DNA of 64,000 nt from Alistipes sp. GTDB lineage: Bacteria > Bacteroidota > Bacteroidia > Bacteroidales > Rikenellaceae. The DNA lies in contig JAVBNV010000005.1 of the NCBI GenBank assembly GCA_031551325.1, forward strand, positions 9,190-73,189, written 5' to 3'. This document shows, piece after piece, positions 47,082 to 59,594 of this stretch. A model generated the notes under the pieces. It had not been told where the DNA came from, made no database searches, and was given only the letters and a program-made list of their open reading frames with translations. Each line of letters starts with the position of its first letter. Position 1 is the stretch's first letter. The translations under genes and the position numbers were made by a program.

Positions 47082-47612
47082 ATGCTCTCTTTTATGAAAA
47101 TCGTTTTGAAAACCCTATTGGCTGCCTGCGTTCTGGTACTGTGCGGCCACACCGCTTCGGCCCAGAAATTCGGCGCCATCGACACCCAGGCCCTGATCAT
47201 GTCGATGCCCGAGCGCGACTCCGCCGCTGTGAAGCTGCAGAAGTTCGAAGAAGAACTCAGCGGCCAGATGGAGACGATCCAGGTGGAATACAACAACAAG
47301 TTCACGGAATACCAGAAAGGCCAGGAAACCATGACCGCTGCCACCAAGCAGCTCAAGGAAAAAGAACTGGAAGACCTGGGCCGCCGTTTCCAGGAGTTCC
47401 AGCAGGCTGCCCAGCAGGACTACGAGAAGATGCAGCGGGAGCTGATGGCCCCTGTCTTCACCAAGGCTGAAGAAGCCGTCAAAAAGGTGAGCAAATCCAT
47501 GGGCATGACCTTCGTGTTCGACATCTCGGCCGGTGGTCTGATCTACCGCGACGAATCCACCGTGACGGACCTGCTTCCGCTGGTGAAAAAGGAACTGGGG
47601 ATCACCAAATAG
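47082..47612 (+). CDS. skp: OmpH/Skp periplasmic chaperone 2
   Basis: 'QKFGAIDTQAL..MPE', coiled-coil, 'FVFD', 'DLLPLVKKELG'. Start may be 47094. Confidence 0.88.
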   Translation: MLSFMKIVLKTLLAACVLVLCGHTASAQKFGAIDTQALIMSMPERDSAAVKLQKFEEELSGQMETIQVEYNNKFTEYQKGQETMTAATKQLKEKELEDLGRRFQEFQQAAQQDYEKMQRELMAPVFTKAEEAVKKVSKSMGMTFVFDISAGGLIYRDESTVTDLLPLVKKELGITK

Positions 47613-47631
47613 TCGATCCGTTCATACGAAT

Positions 47632-47665
47632 AAAAAGCCCGCTTCCGAAAAGAAGCGGGCTTTTT
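47632..47665. terminator. Bidirectional intrinsic terminator
   Basis: aaaaagcccgcttc / gaagcgggcttttt. Confidence 0.85.
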
Positions 47666-47686
47666 GTATGCCGGCCGGAGCGGAGT

Positions 47687-48664
47687 TTAGGATTCCGCGG
47701 AGGGAATACCCCCCTTTTCCTGCAGGAACCGCTCGGCGACCACCACGCGGATGGCCCGGTCGATCACCTCGAATTCGAAGGGCGAGTAGCCCAGCGCTTC
47801 GCCGTCCACCTCCACGGCGATCTCGGGCGAGGAGTCGATGCGGATGCGGCGGCCCCGGTTGAGGCTCGTCGAGGGCAGGCGGTAGATGCGCCCGTTGAAG
47901 AGCACCTTGAAGTTGAGCAGCACCTTGAGGGGCGTCATGCGGCGGATCACCGTCACGTCGAAGAGGCCGTCGTCGGCGATGGCCTCGGGGGTCTGCAACA
48001 TCCCGCCCCCGTTGTACTTGCCGATGCCGATCGTGGCGCTGTAGACCAGCTCGTTGACCACCAGCTCGTCGTCCACGTACACCTTCACCCCGGTGGAGTT
48101 GTAGCGCAGCACGGCCTTGAGCGTGCTCCACAGGTAGAGCCATTTGCCGTGTTTGCCCTCCTGCTTGAGGTGGTTGTACTTGCGGTTGACGAAGGCGTCG
48201 AAGCCGATCCCGGCCACGTTGGCCATGTAGCGGCTCTGCTTGACCCGGCTCTGGTGGTAGGAGATCACCCCCACGTCCTGCAGGAACGAGTGCTCCTCGA
48301 CGATGGCGCGGATGGCCTCGGAATACTTGCGGGGGATGCCGAACATCCGGATCCAGTCGTTGCCCGTCCCCACGGCGATCACGCTCAGCAGCACCTCGCG
48401 CGGAGGCACTCTCTGCTGGATGAACAATCCGTTGATGACCTCGTGGATGGTGCCGTCCCCACCCACGACGATGATCCTCCGGAAGCCCTTGTTGACTGCT
48501 TCCACGGCCAATTCCACGGCGTGGTAGTGGCGTTCGGTGAAGACGTACTCGGGCACGATGCCGTGATCGCGCAACAGCTTGCTGATCAGCGGCCAGTCCG
48601 TGAGCCCCTTGCCGCTACCGGCAACGGGATTGACAATCGCAAACCATTTTCCAGCGGCGTCCAT
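47687..48664 (-). CDS. Diacylglycerol/lipid kinase family protein (YegS/DagK-like)
   Basis: 'IVNPVAGSG', 'VGGDGTIHEVING', 'GTGNDW', 'YNGGGM', 'EVDGE'. Confidence 0.88.
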   Translation of the reverse strand: MDAAGKWFAIVNPVAGSGKGLTDWPLISKLLRDHGIVPEYVFTERHYHAVELAVEAVNKGFRRIIVVGGDGTIHEVINGLFIQQRVPPREVLLSVIAVGTGNDWIRMFGIPRKYSEAIRAIVEEHSFLQDVGVISYHQSRVKQSRYMANVAGIGFDAFVNRKYNHLKQEGKHGKWLYLWSTLKAVLRYNSTGVKVYVDDELVVNELVYSATIGIGKYNGGGMLQTPEAIADDGLFDVTVIRRMTPLKVLLNFKVLFNGRIYRLPSTSLNRGRRIRIDSSPEIAVEVDGEALGYSPFEFEVIDRAIRVVVAERFLQEKGGIPSAES

Positions 48665-48671
48665 CGGTTGT

Positions 48672-50132
48672 TTATTTTTCCGGAGCGTTGGCCAGGGTGT
48701 AACACAGGAAATCCCAGAATTTTTCGACCGAGGCGATCTCGACCTTTTCGTCCGGGGAGTGGGGGAAGCGGATGGTGGGCCCGAAGGAGATCATGTCCAG
48801 GCCGGGGTAGGTCCCACCCAGGATGCCGCACTCCAGTCCGGCGTGGACGGCGTTGACCTTGGGCTCCTTGCCGTAGAGTTTTTTGTAGCTTTCCCGCATG
48901 GTTTTCAGGATGGCCGAGGCCGGGTTGGGGTTCCAGCCGCTGTAGCCTCCGGAGAGTTCCACGCTGGCTCCGGCCAACGAAAAGAGCGCCTTCATCACCT
49001 CGCCCAAGGCTGCTTTCTCGCTGTCCGCCGAGCTGCGCATGAGGCATTGCAGGGTGATGTTTCCGGGGGCCGATACCACGCGGGCCAGGTTGGTCGAAGT
49101 CTGCACCAGGCCCTTCATCGAGGGGCTCATGCGGATGACCCCGTTGGGGCAGGCGGCTACCGCCTTGAGCAGGCACTCCTGGGTGGCGGCGTCGATCACC
49201 GAGGCGGGCGTCGCGCAGGCCGAAGCCTTGAAGATCACCCCGTCGTCCACGCCTTTGAGCTCGGTGAGCGTCAGCGTTTCATAGGCGGCGACCGCTTTTT
49301 CGAAGGCGGCGGCCTGGGCCGCGGGGACCGTCACGACGACGGTCGATTCACGCGGAATGGCGTTGCGCAGGCTGCCCCCGTCCAGCGAGGCGATCCGCAG
49401 CGAAAACTCCGCAGAGGCACCCAGCAGGAAGCGGTTCATGATCTTGTTGGCGTTGCCCCGTTCGAGGATGATTTCCAATCCCGAATGGCCGCCCAGCAGG
49501 CCGCGCAACTCGAGTTTGTAGGCTTTCACATCGGCGGCGGGAGCCTCGTCGCGGCAGGCGAAGGAGATGTTCACATCCTCGCCCCCGGCGCATCCCACAA
49601 ACAATTCCCCCTCGTCTTCCGAGTCCAGGTTTAACAAAATTTGGCCTTGCAGAACGCCTGGTTTTAACCCGAACGCCCCGTTCATGCCCACCTCTTCGGT
49701 GGCGGTCACCAGCAGCTCCAGGGGACCGTGCTTCAGATCGTCCGCGGCCAGCACAGCCAGCGAGGCGGCCAGCCCCATGCCGTTGTCCGAGCCGAGGGTG
49801 GTGCCGTTGGCCTTCACCCAGCCGCCGTCGACATAGGCTTCGATGGGGTCGTTCTCAAAATCGAACACCTTGTCGCTGTTCTTCTGGGGCACCATGTCCA
49901 TGTGGGCCTGCAGGATGATTCCCCGGCGCGATTCCATGCCGGGCGTGGCCTTCTTGCGGATAATCACGTTGCCCGCCTCGTCGGCTACGCACTCCAGACG
50001 GAGCCGTTTGGCTTCGGCGACCAGGTAGTCGTGGATTTTCATTTCGTGGTGCGAAGGGTGGGGGATGGCGCAGATTTCACTGAAATATTTCCACACTTGC
50101 TGCGGCGAGAGCGCCTGAATATTTTTGTCCAT
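48672..50132 (-). CDS. pepD: Aminoacyl-histidine dipeptidase
   Basis: 'LQAHMDMV', 'TTLGSDNG', 'TEEVGM', 'LDSEDE', 'HSG..I', 'HAGLECG', 'HSPDE'. Confidence 0.93.
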   Translation of the reverse strand: MDKNIQALSPQQVWKYFSEICAIPHPSHHEMKIHDYLVAEAKRLRLECVADEAGNVIIRKKATPGMESRRGIILQAHMDMVPQKNSDKVFDFENDPIEAYVDGGWVKANGTTLGSDNGMGLAASLAVLAADDLKHGPLELLVTATEEVGMNGAFGLKPGVLQGQILLNLDSEDEGELFVGCAGGEDVNISFACRDEAPAADVKAYKLELRGLLGGHSGLEIILERGNANKIMNRFLLGASAEFSLRIASLDGGSLRNAIPRESTVVVTVPAAQAAAFEKAVAAYETLTLTELKGVDDGVIFKASACATPASVIDAATQECLLKAVAACPNGVIRMSPSMKGLVQTSTNLARVVSAPGNITLQCLMRSSADSEKAALGEVMKALFSLAGASVELSGGYSGWNPNPASAILKTMRESYKKLYGKEPKVNAVHAGLECGILGGTYPGLDMISFGPTIRFPHSPDEKVEIASVEKFWDFLCYTLANAPEK

Positions 50133-50151
50133 AGCTAATCGTTTTGCAGGA

Positions 50152-51105
50152 TTATTTCAGCCGGGAGAGCATGTTTTTGATGTTGCCCTCGATGCGGTCC
50201 AGCACGTCGTCCTGGTCGGCTTTGACGAATTTTTCGCCCGTGATCTTTTCGTACAGCTCGATGTAGCGGTCGCTGACGCTTGCCACAAATTCGTCGGTCA
50301 TCTCGGGAACTTTCTCGCCCGGACGGCCCTGGAAACCGTTCTCCATCAACCACTCGCGCACGAATTCCTTGGAGAGCTGGCGTTGGTTCTCCCCTTTATC
50401 GAAACGTTCTTGATATCCGTCGGCGTAGAAATAACGCGAACTATCGGGGGTATGGATCTCGTCCATCAGGTAGATCACGCCGTCCTTGCTGCCGAATTCA
50501 TACTTGGTGTCCACCAGGATCAAACCCTGCTTGGCGGCAATCTCCGCCCCCCGGGCGAACAGGGCCAGCGAGTACTGCTCCAGTTTCTCGTACTCCTCGC
50601 GGCCGACCAGCCCCTGGGCGATGATCTGCTCCTTGGAGATGTTCTCGTCGTGCTGGCCGATTTCGGCCTTGGTCGAGGGGGTGACGATGGGCTGGGGGAA
50701 GCGTTGGTGCTCGCGCATGCCGTCGGGGATCTTGATCCCGCAGATCTCGCGGGCCCCGGCTTTGTAATCCCGCCAGGACGAGCCCGTCAGGTAGGCCCGC
50801 ACGATCATCTCCACCGGATATCCCTCGCAGCGGTGCCCCACGGTGACCATGGGGTCGGGAGAGGCGATCTTCCAGTTGGGGCAGATGTCCGCCGTGGCGT
50901 CCAGGAACTTCGAGGCGATTTGGTTGAGCACCTGTCCCTTGTAGGGAATGCCCTTGGGCAGCACGACGTCGAAGGCCGAGATGCGGTCGCTCACGACCAT
51001 GACCAGGTACTGGTCGTCGATGTTGTAGACGTCGCGGACCTTGCCCACGTAGAGGCTTTTCTGCCCGTCGAAATGAAAGTCGGTTTTGGTGATTGCTTTT
51101 GCCAT
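50152..51105 (-). CDS. purC: SAICAR synthetase
   Basis: 'GKVRDVY', 'SDRISAFD', '[11 protein letters not shown]', '[10 protein letters not shown]', 'QLSKEFVR'. Confidence 0.95.
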   Translation of the reverse strand: MAKAITKTDFHFDGQKSLYVGKVRDVYNIDDQYLVMVVSDRISAFDVVLPKGIPYKGQVLNQIASKFLDATADICPNWKIASPDPMVTVGHRCEGYPVEMIVRAYLTGSSWRDYKAGAREICGIKIPDGMREHQRFPQPIVTPSTKAEIGQHDENISKEQIIAQGLVGREEYEKLEQYSLALFARGAEIAAKQGLILVDTKYEFGSKDGVIYLMDEIHTPDSSRYFYADGYQERFDKGENQRQLSKEFVREWLMENGFQGRPGEKVPEMTDEFVASVSDRYIELYEKITGEKFVKADQDDVLDRIEGNIKNMLSRLK

Positions 51106-51126
51106 GACAGTATTTGTCTTATTAAA

Positions 51127-52074
51127 TTATTCTTCTTTGGGCGTTTTTTCGAATGCTTCCACGATGTACTTGACCAGTTTGTGGCGGATGATGTCGCGGT
51201 TGTCGAACTGCACCTGGCCGATGCCGTCGATGCCGCTCAACATGTTCACTACCGGCGTAAGGCCCGAGTCCTTGAGCTGGGGCAGGTCGATCTGGGTGAC
51301 GTCGCCCGTGACGATGAACTTGGCGTTCTTGCCCATGCGCGTCAGAAACATCTTGATCTGGGCCACGGTGGTGTTCTGGGCCTCGTCCAGGATCACGAAG
51401 GCGTTGTCCAGCGTGCGCCCCCGCATGTAGGCCAACGGCGCGATCTGCACCACGCCCTCCTCCATGTAGCGGCTCAGCTTGGCCGCCGGGATCATGTCGT
51501 TGAGCGCGTCGTAGAGCGGCTGGAGATAAGGATCGAGCTTGTCCTTGAGGTCGCCGGGCAGGAAGCCCAGTTTCTCGCCCGCCTCCACCGCCGGACGCGT
51601 GAGGATGATGCGTTTGACCTCTTTGTTGCGCAGGGCCCGCACGGCCAGGGCGATGGCCGTGTAGGTCTTGCCCGAGCCGGCCGGGCCGATGGCGAACAGC
51701 AGGTCGTTCGTTTCGTAGAGCTTGACCAGGCGCTGCTGGTTGACGGTGCGCGCCCGCACGATCAGCCCGTTGTTGCCGTAGACGATCACGTCCTTGTCGA
51801 CGGCCGCCTCGGTCCTGGGCATCCCCCCGTCGTAGACCTGGTCGATCACCTCCCGGGAGAGGTGGCCGTAGCGGGCGTAGTACTCGATCAGATCATTCAG
51901 CTTGCCCTCGAAGCGCGTGATCTCCACTTCCTCACCCATGACTTTGAGCGAGGAGCCCCGGCCGATGATCTTGAGCTTCGGGAATTTTTCCCGGATGCGC
52001 TCCAGGTGTGCGTTGCCGCTGCCGTAGAGTTCGGCCGGATCTATGCCTTCGAGGAGAATGATCTTTTCGGTCAT
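51127..52074 (-). CDS. phoH: PhoH-family ATPase
   Basis: Walker A 'GPAGSGKT', 'RPAVEAGEKLGFLPG', 'LAYMRGRTL', 'LDEAQN', 'GDVTQIDLP'. Confidence 0.93.
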   Translation of the reverse strand: MTEKIILLEGIDPAELYGSGNAHLERIREKFPKLKIIGRGSSLKVMGEEVEITRFEGKLNDLIEYYARYGHLSREVIDQVYDGGMPRTEAAVDKDVIVYGNNGLIVRARTVNQQRLVKLYETNDLLFAIGPAGSGKTYTAIALAVRALRNKEVKRIILTRPAVEAGEKLGFLPGDLKDKLDPYLQPLYDALNDMIPAAKLSRYMEEGVVQIAPLAYMRGRTLDNAFVILDEAQNTTVAQIKMFLTRMGKNAKFIVTGDVTQIDLPQLKDSGLTPVVNMLSGIDGIGQVQFDNRDIIRHKLVKYIVEAFEKTPKEE

Positions 52075-52083
52075 CTTGTGTGC

Positions 52084-52713
52084 TTAAAACATCCAACCCA
52101 CGTTGACTTGGACGGTGTTGACGGAGGTCTTGAATTGCTCCATCACGTCGCCGTAGGTGATGCTCTGGGTGGCCTGCTTGAACTGGCCGTCGTAGCGCAG
52201 GTCGATGTTCAGGTGCTTGAGCAGTTCGACGCCCAGGCCCACTTGGTAGCCCAGGGCGTATTTGTCCAGGTCGGTGTTCAGCCCCGAGGGCAAAGTGCCC
52301 GACTTGACGTTGGTTTTGTTCATCAGGTTGAAAGTCGGCCCGGCCATGAGGCGCAGGAAGAAGATTTTATAGCCCAGCAGCACGGGGACTTCGATGTTGT
52401 TGACGGCGTATTTGGCCGAGGCGGCCGCCGTTTCGTCCTTCATGGTGTAGGAGGAGTGGCTGTAGACCACTTCGGGCTGGATGTAGAGCGGAACGACGCC
52501 CAGCGAGACACGCATCATGGCACCCACCAGGTAGCCCCCGTTGCCGTCCGAGGAGAGCAGGTCGCCCACGTTCTTGGGGTGCATGTTGAGGGATTGGCCC
52601 TGGAAGCCGGCTTTGACCCCGAAGCGGATCGGGCTTAGGGCCTGGGCCGAAGAAATGCTCAGAAGAGAAAAGGTCAGGGCGAGGCCCAGCAGGAGTAAGT
52701 TCTTTTTAATCAT
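52084..52713 (-). CDS. Small outer-membrane beta-barrel protein (porin/OmpA-like barrel family)
   Basis: Signal peptide, 'FGVKAG', 'YIQPEVVY', 'IEVPVLLGY', C-terminal F. Confidence 0.75.
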   Translation of the reverse strand: MIKKNLLLLGLALTFSLLSISSAQALSPIRFGVKAGFQGQSLNMHPKNVGDLLSSDGNGGYLVGAMMRVSLGVVPLYIQPEVVYSHSSYTMKDETAAASAKYAVNNIEVPVLLGYKIFFLRLMAGPTFNLMNKTNVKSGTLPSGLNTDLDKYALGYQVGLGVELLKHLNIDLRYDGQFKQATQSITYGDVMEQFKTSVNTVQVNVGWMF

Positions 52714-52747
52714 TGGGATAAGGTTTGTTGTTCGTCGTTAATCGACT

Positions 52748-52867
52748 CAAAGATAGAAAAAATACCCTATATATCAGGGTGGGTCTCCCCGGAGAATGCA
52801 TCCGTGCGAAAAAAAATCCGCAATAGAGGCAAAAAGACTTGATAGGTTGAAAATTATAGTACCTTTG
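52748..52867. promoter_or_regulatory. Divergent -7 promoters (TATCTTTG - at 52748-52755; TACCTTTG + at 52860-52867)
   Basis: Exact TAnnTTTG matches. Confidence 0.6.
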
Positions 52868-52926
52868 TCCCGAAAAATAAAGGGGTATTTTGCAAAAAAC
52901 CTTACCCCAGCTTAAAATTAGAATTT

Positions 52927-53967
52927 ATGAAACAGTTATTTTTTGTAGCCGCCCTGATGGTGTTGGCTGTTTCTTGCGTGAAAAATCCCGGAACGGATCC
53001 TGAGGAATCCACCGTTGATATCGCTCATTTTGCGACCTCCCAGGAGTTTGATGTTCCGACCCGTGCGGGACACGTCACCCTGGTGAAAATCAATGACCAG
53101 GTGGTGGCCGAGACGGATGTCCCCATGACGATCACTCTGCCCGCCCATGTGCAGACCCGCTCGCTCGAAGCCCTGTGCGAATACCTCCCTTATGCCGAAT
53201 ATCCCAATTATCTCGGCCCGAACAGCCAATATTTCCAAGTGGTCTGTTTTGAAGACTCCCGGTCGGGCGATTACGACTACAACGACCTGGTCATCCATGT
53301 GAAGTACCAGGCCAGCGGGGATCTCTTCGGTTTTGGCGTGCAGCCCGTCGCTTTGGGTTCTGTCAAATCGATCAAGTTGGGCTGTGTCGTCTACAAAGGC
53401 ACCACCCAGGTGTTCAACGGGCTGATCACCCCCGAAGGCAAGGATTGCCGTGCCCAGCATTTCGAGTCGAAGGAGGGTTTCGTCAATACCGTCGGCAATA
53501 CGGTCAACTGGTCGGGCAACGGCGGCAACCGAATCTTCCTCGGTTCCACCATGCGCAACTGGAATGTAACCCGCATTCCCGGCTCCGGCTCCATGAGTGT
53601 GGAGTGGTTTATCGAGGTGGATAACGGCCAGCGTCTGTACGCCCTTTCGACCCACTACCTGAAACAGTCCTTCGATAAAAATAACCTGCCTTACGGGCTG
53701 GTGATCACCAATACCGGAAGCGAATTCCGGGACGAAAAGGGTTCTCTGTGTGGTTATGACTGGTTCAATTATCCCAAGGAGTCGGTACACATCAAGGAGG
53801 TTTATCCCGAACTCTGGACGTGGATGACAACCTCCGGTGCAACTTACGATTTTGCCGCCATTTACGATGGCCGTAATGTGCCCGCCAAGGCTTTCCCGGC
53901 CAGTTCGCTGGGGGTTTTCCTTACCAAGACCACAAACGTGCTGAACGAAAGCTTCCTCCAGAATTAA
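52927..53967 (+). CDS. Surface lipoprotein with DUF4842/LruC-like motif
   Basis: Lipobox LAVSC; 'CFEDSRSGDYDYNDLVIHV' motif; 'WFNYPKE' and 'YPEL..W' C-terminal pattern; more A/T-ending codons than neighbours. Confidence 0.55.
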   Translation: MKQLFFVAALMVLAVSCVKNPGTDPEESTVDIAHFATSQEFDVPTRAGHVTLVKINDQVVAETDVPMTITLPAHVQTRSLEALCEYLPYAEYPNYLGPNSQYFQVVCFEDSRSGDYDYNDLVIHVKYQASGDLFGFGVQPVALGSVKSIKLGCVVYKGTTQVFNGLITPEGKDCRAQHFESKEGFVNTVGNTVNWSGNGGNRIFLGSTMRNWNVTRIPGSGSMSVEWFIEVDNGQRLYALSTHYLKQSFDKNNLPYGLVITNTGSEFRDEKGSLCGYDWFNYPKESVHIKEVYPELWTWMTTSGATYDFAAIYDGRNVPAKAFPASSLGVFLTKTTNVLNESFLQN

Positions 53968-53988
53968 ATCCGACGGAATATTTACAGC

Positions 53989-54024
53989 AATGAGGCTTGC
54001 CCATCCGGGCAAGCCTCATTTTTA
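53989..54024. terminator. Bidirectional intrinsic terminator
   Basis: aatgaggcttgccc-atcc-gggcaagcctcatt plus T-run. Confidence 0.82.
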
Positions 54025-54066
54025 TTCGACATTCCGGAACTCCGCTATGCGCAGTCTCCCCAGGAG

Positions 54067-55533
54067 CTAAAGCAATGGGCTGAATAGCCGGCATATTGCT
54101 TCGTAGATACTGTGCAGGGTGGGGCGGCTCTCCCAATACTCCCGCGTGACCAACCGGCAACGCCCCAAATCATCCAGAAAACTCGTCTCCAATTCCTCCG
54201 ACAGCGCCTTGTCATAGATCATCGCCGTCACCTCGAAGTTGTCCTCGAAGCTCCGGATATCCATGTTGGCCGTGCCCACCGAGCAGAACTGCCCGTCGAT
54301 CATGATGAGCTTCGAGTGGTTGAACCCCTTGCGGTAGAGGTAGACCTTGACGTGGGCGTCGATCAGCTCGCCGATGTAGGAGCGCGAAGCCCAGTAGACC
54401 ACCTTCGAGTCCGAGCGGCTGGGGATCATGATCCGCACGTCGATGCCGCTCAGGGCCGCCACCTTGATGGCCGTCAGGATGGCTTCGTTGGGCATGAAGT
54501 AGGGCGACGAGATGTAGATGTGGTGCTGGGCGTGGGTCATCGCCGAAAAGAAGGCCTGCATGATCGAGGCCCAGTCCGAGTCGGGGCCCGAGGCGGCGAT
54601 CTGCACCAGGTGTTCCTCCTTGATGCGGGTGCGGGGCAGGTATTTGTCGACGTTTTTGAAATGCTTCTTGCTGACGAAGAACCAGTCGGTCATAAAGATC
54701 GTCTGGAGCATGCTGGCCGCTTCGCCCTCCACCTTGAGGTGGGTGTCGCGCCAGGGGCCCATTTTCTTGGTCCCCGTCACGTAGCGCTGGGCGATGTTGA
54801 TCCCTCCGGTGAAGGCCACGGAGCCGTCCACCACCAGGATTTTGCGGTGGTTGCGGTAGTTGACCTTGCTGGTGAGCCAGGGGAAGACCACCTGCATAAA
54901 GCAGTGCACCTCCACCCCGGCCTGGCGCAGGGGACCCAGGTAGCTGCGGCCCAGGCCCCAGCTGCCCACGTCGTCGTAGATCATGCGCACCTCGACCCCT
55001 TCGGCGGCTTTCTCGATCAGGATGTCGGCGATCTCGCGGCCCAGGGGGTCGTCCTCGATGATGTAGTATTCGAGGTGGATCGTGCTGCGGGCCTCTCGCA
55101 GGGCCTTTTTGATCTCGTCGAAGGTCGCCTCGCCGTTGTTGAGGATGCGGATGCGGTTGTGGGCCGTCAATAGGGCCTTGTTGTTGTTGAGCAGCAGGGT
55201 GATGGTGTCGCGGTGGTCGCTGATCTCGGCGCGTTGCAGCAGGCTGGGGTCGTTGATCTCCGAGAGTTGCTGGCGGCTCATTTCGTCGATCTGCTCGAGG
55301 TCGTGCAGTTCCTTGCGGTTGAATATCTTTTCTTTGCGGTGGTTGCGCCCGAAGAGGATGTAGAGGATGAATCCCGCCACCGGCAACAGGGCCAGCACCG
55401 CGATCCAGGAGAGGGCCTTGACCGGGTCCCGTTTCTCGTGGATGATAAAGGCCATGGTGGCCACCAGAAAGAGGATGTAGCCTACCCAGAGCAGGCTCTT
55501 GAGATCGGCCGGAGCGAACAATAGGATACTCAT
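54067..55533 (-). CDS. cls: Cardiolipin synthase
   Basis: Two N-terminal TMs, two HKD motifs (HRKILVVD; HSKLIMID), 'GTANMD.RSF'. Confidence 0.94.
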   Translation of the reverse strand: MSILLFAPADLKSLLWVGYILFLVATMAFIIHEKRDPVKALSWIAVLALLPVAGFILYILFGRNHRKEKIFNRKELHDLEQIDEMSRQQLSEINDPSLLQRAEISDHRDTITLLLNNNKALLTAHNRIRILNNGEATFDEIKKALREARSTIHLEYYIIEDDPLGREIADILIEKAAEGVEVRMIYDDVGSWGLGRSYLGPLRQAGVEVHCFMQVVFPWLTSKVNYRNHRKILVVDGSVAFTGGINIAQRYVTGTKKMGPWRDTHLKVEGEAASMLQTIFMTDWFFVSKKHFKNVDKYLPRTRIKEEHLVQIAASGPDSDWASIMQAFFSAMTHAQHHIYISSPYFMPNEAILTAIKVAALSGIDVRIMIPSRSDSKVVYWASRSYIGELIDAHVKVYLYRKGFNHSKLIMIDGQFCSVGTANMDIRSFEDNFEVTAMIYDKALSEELETSFLDDLGRCRLVTREYWESRPTLHSIYEAICRLFSPLL

Positions 55534-55558
55534 ACAGCAAAGATAAATAATTCCCGGA

Positions 55559-55721
55559 GAGTTCGGCTGGAATTTTTACCGAAGTTATTTGATGCCTATT
55601 TTCAAAGGTATTTTTCTTTCGGCTTGCAGGGGCATATCGGGAATATGTCCCCGCAAACCGGAGGGAAAATAACTCGAACAAAAGGCGTAAAAGAACGAAA
55701 GTAAAATTTTCGGACGAACTC
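55559..55721. repeat. Nested imperfect inverted-repeat element in the cls/greA divergent gap
   Basis: Outer arms 55559-55579 / 55701-55721 (17 of 21 identical), middle arms cgaagttattt / aaataactcg, central hairpin 55618-55662. Confidence 0.5.
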
Positions 55722-55725
55722 TGCA

Positions 55726-55757
55726 TTTGGAAACCCAAAAACTTTTCCTTATATTTG
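55726..55757 (+). promoter_or_regulatory. greA promoter (-33 TTTG, 20-nt spacer, -7 TATATTTG)
   Basis: Canonical Bacteroidota primary-sigma spacing. Confidence 0.7.
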
Positions 55758-55775
55758 TATCATACGAAAAGTAAG

Positions 55776-55822
55776 TTCTGGCCCCTGTAGAGAATGCTGG
55801 GGGCTGGGATTTTTTCTTTTTT
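55776..55822 (+). terminator. Candidate attenuator/terminator in the greA leader
   Basis: ttctggcccc / ggggctggga 10-bp stem (with G-U pairs) followed by ttttttctttttt, between promoter and ATG. Confidence 0.5.
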
Positions 55823-55852
55823 GTATGCATTTACTAAAGAACCTATCAATTT

Positions 55853-56329
55853 ATGGCAACAAAAAGTGTTCATTTGACCGAAGCCGGGTTGCAGAAGTTA
55901 AAGAGCGAGTTGGATCAATTGCGTTCGGTGGAGCGTCCGGCCATTTCGGCGGCCATCGCCGAGGCCCGCGATAAGGGCGACTTGTCCGAGAACGCCGAAT
56001 ACGACGCGGCCAAGGAAGCCCAGGGCATGCTCGAAATGCGCATCGCCAAGCTCGAGCAGACCATCGCCAGCGCCCGGGTGATCGACGAATCGCGCATCAA
56101 TACCAATACCGTCCAGATCCTCAACCGGGTGACCCTGCTCAACCGGACCACCGGCAAGCAGGTGGAATACGTCCTGGTCTCCGAAAGCGAGGCCAGCCTC
56201 AAGGAGGGCAAGCTGGCCATCGGCACCCCCATCGCCCAGGCCCTGTTGGGGCACAAAAAAGGCGAGGTGGTGGAGGTGACGGTCCCCTCGGGCGTGATCC
56301 ATTTCGAAATCCTCGACATATCCTTATAG
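55853..56329 (+). CDS. greA: Transcription elongation factor GreA
   Basis: 'AIAEARDKGDLSENAEYDAAK', 'SPI'-like 'GTPIAQALLG'. Confidence 0.96.
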   Translation: MATKSVHLTEAGLQKLKSELDQLRSVERPAISAAIAEARDKGDLSENAEYDAAKEAQGMLEMRIAKLEQTIASARVIDESRINTNTVQILNRVTLLNRTTGKQVEYVLVSESEASLKEGKLAIGTPIAQALLGHKKGEVVEVTVPSGVIHFEILDISL

Positions 56330-59572
<3,243 letters not shown>

Positions 59573-59594
59573 CAAAACTAAAATCCTGATGATT

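Noticed and set aside
46564-47612. Tandem Skp duplication as a novelty
   Set aside because: Two ompH/skp genes after bamA is the usual Bacteroidota arrangement.
52809-52816. A8 tract as a slipped-strand phase-variation switch
   Set aside because: Short, and lies upstream of the -33/-7 spacer rather than within it or within a CDS.
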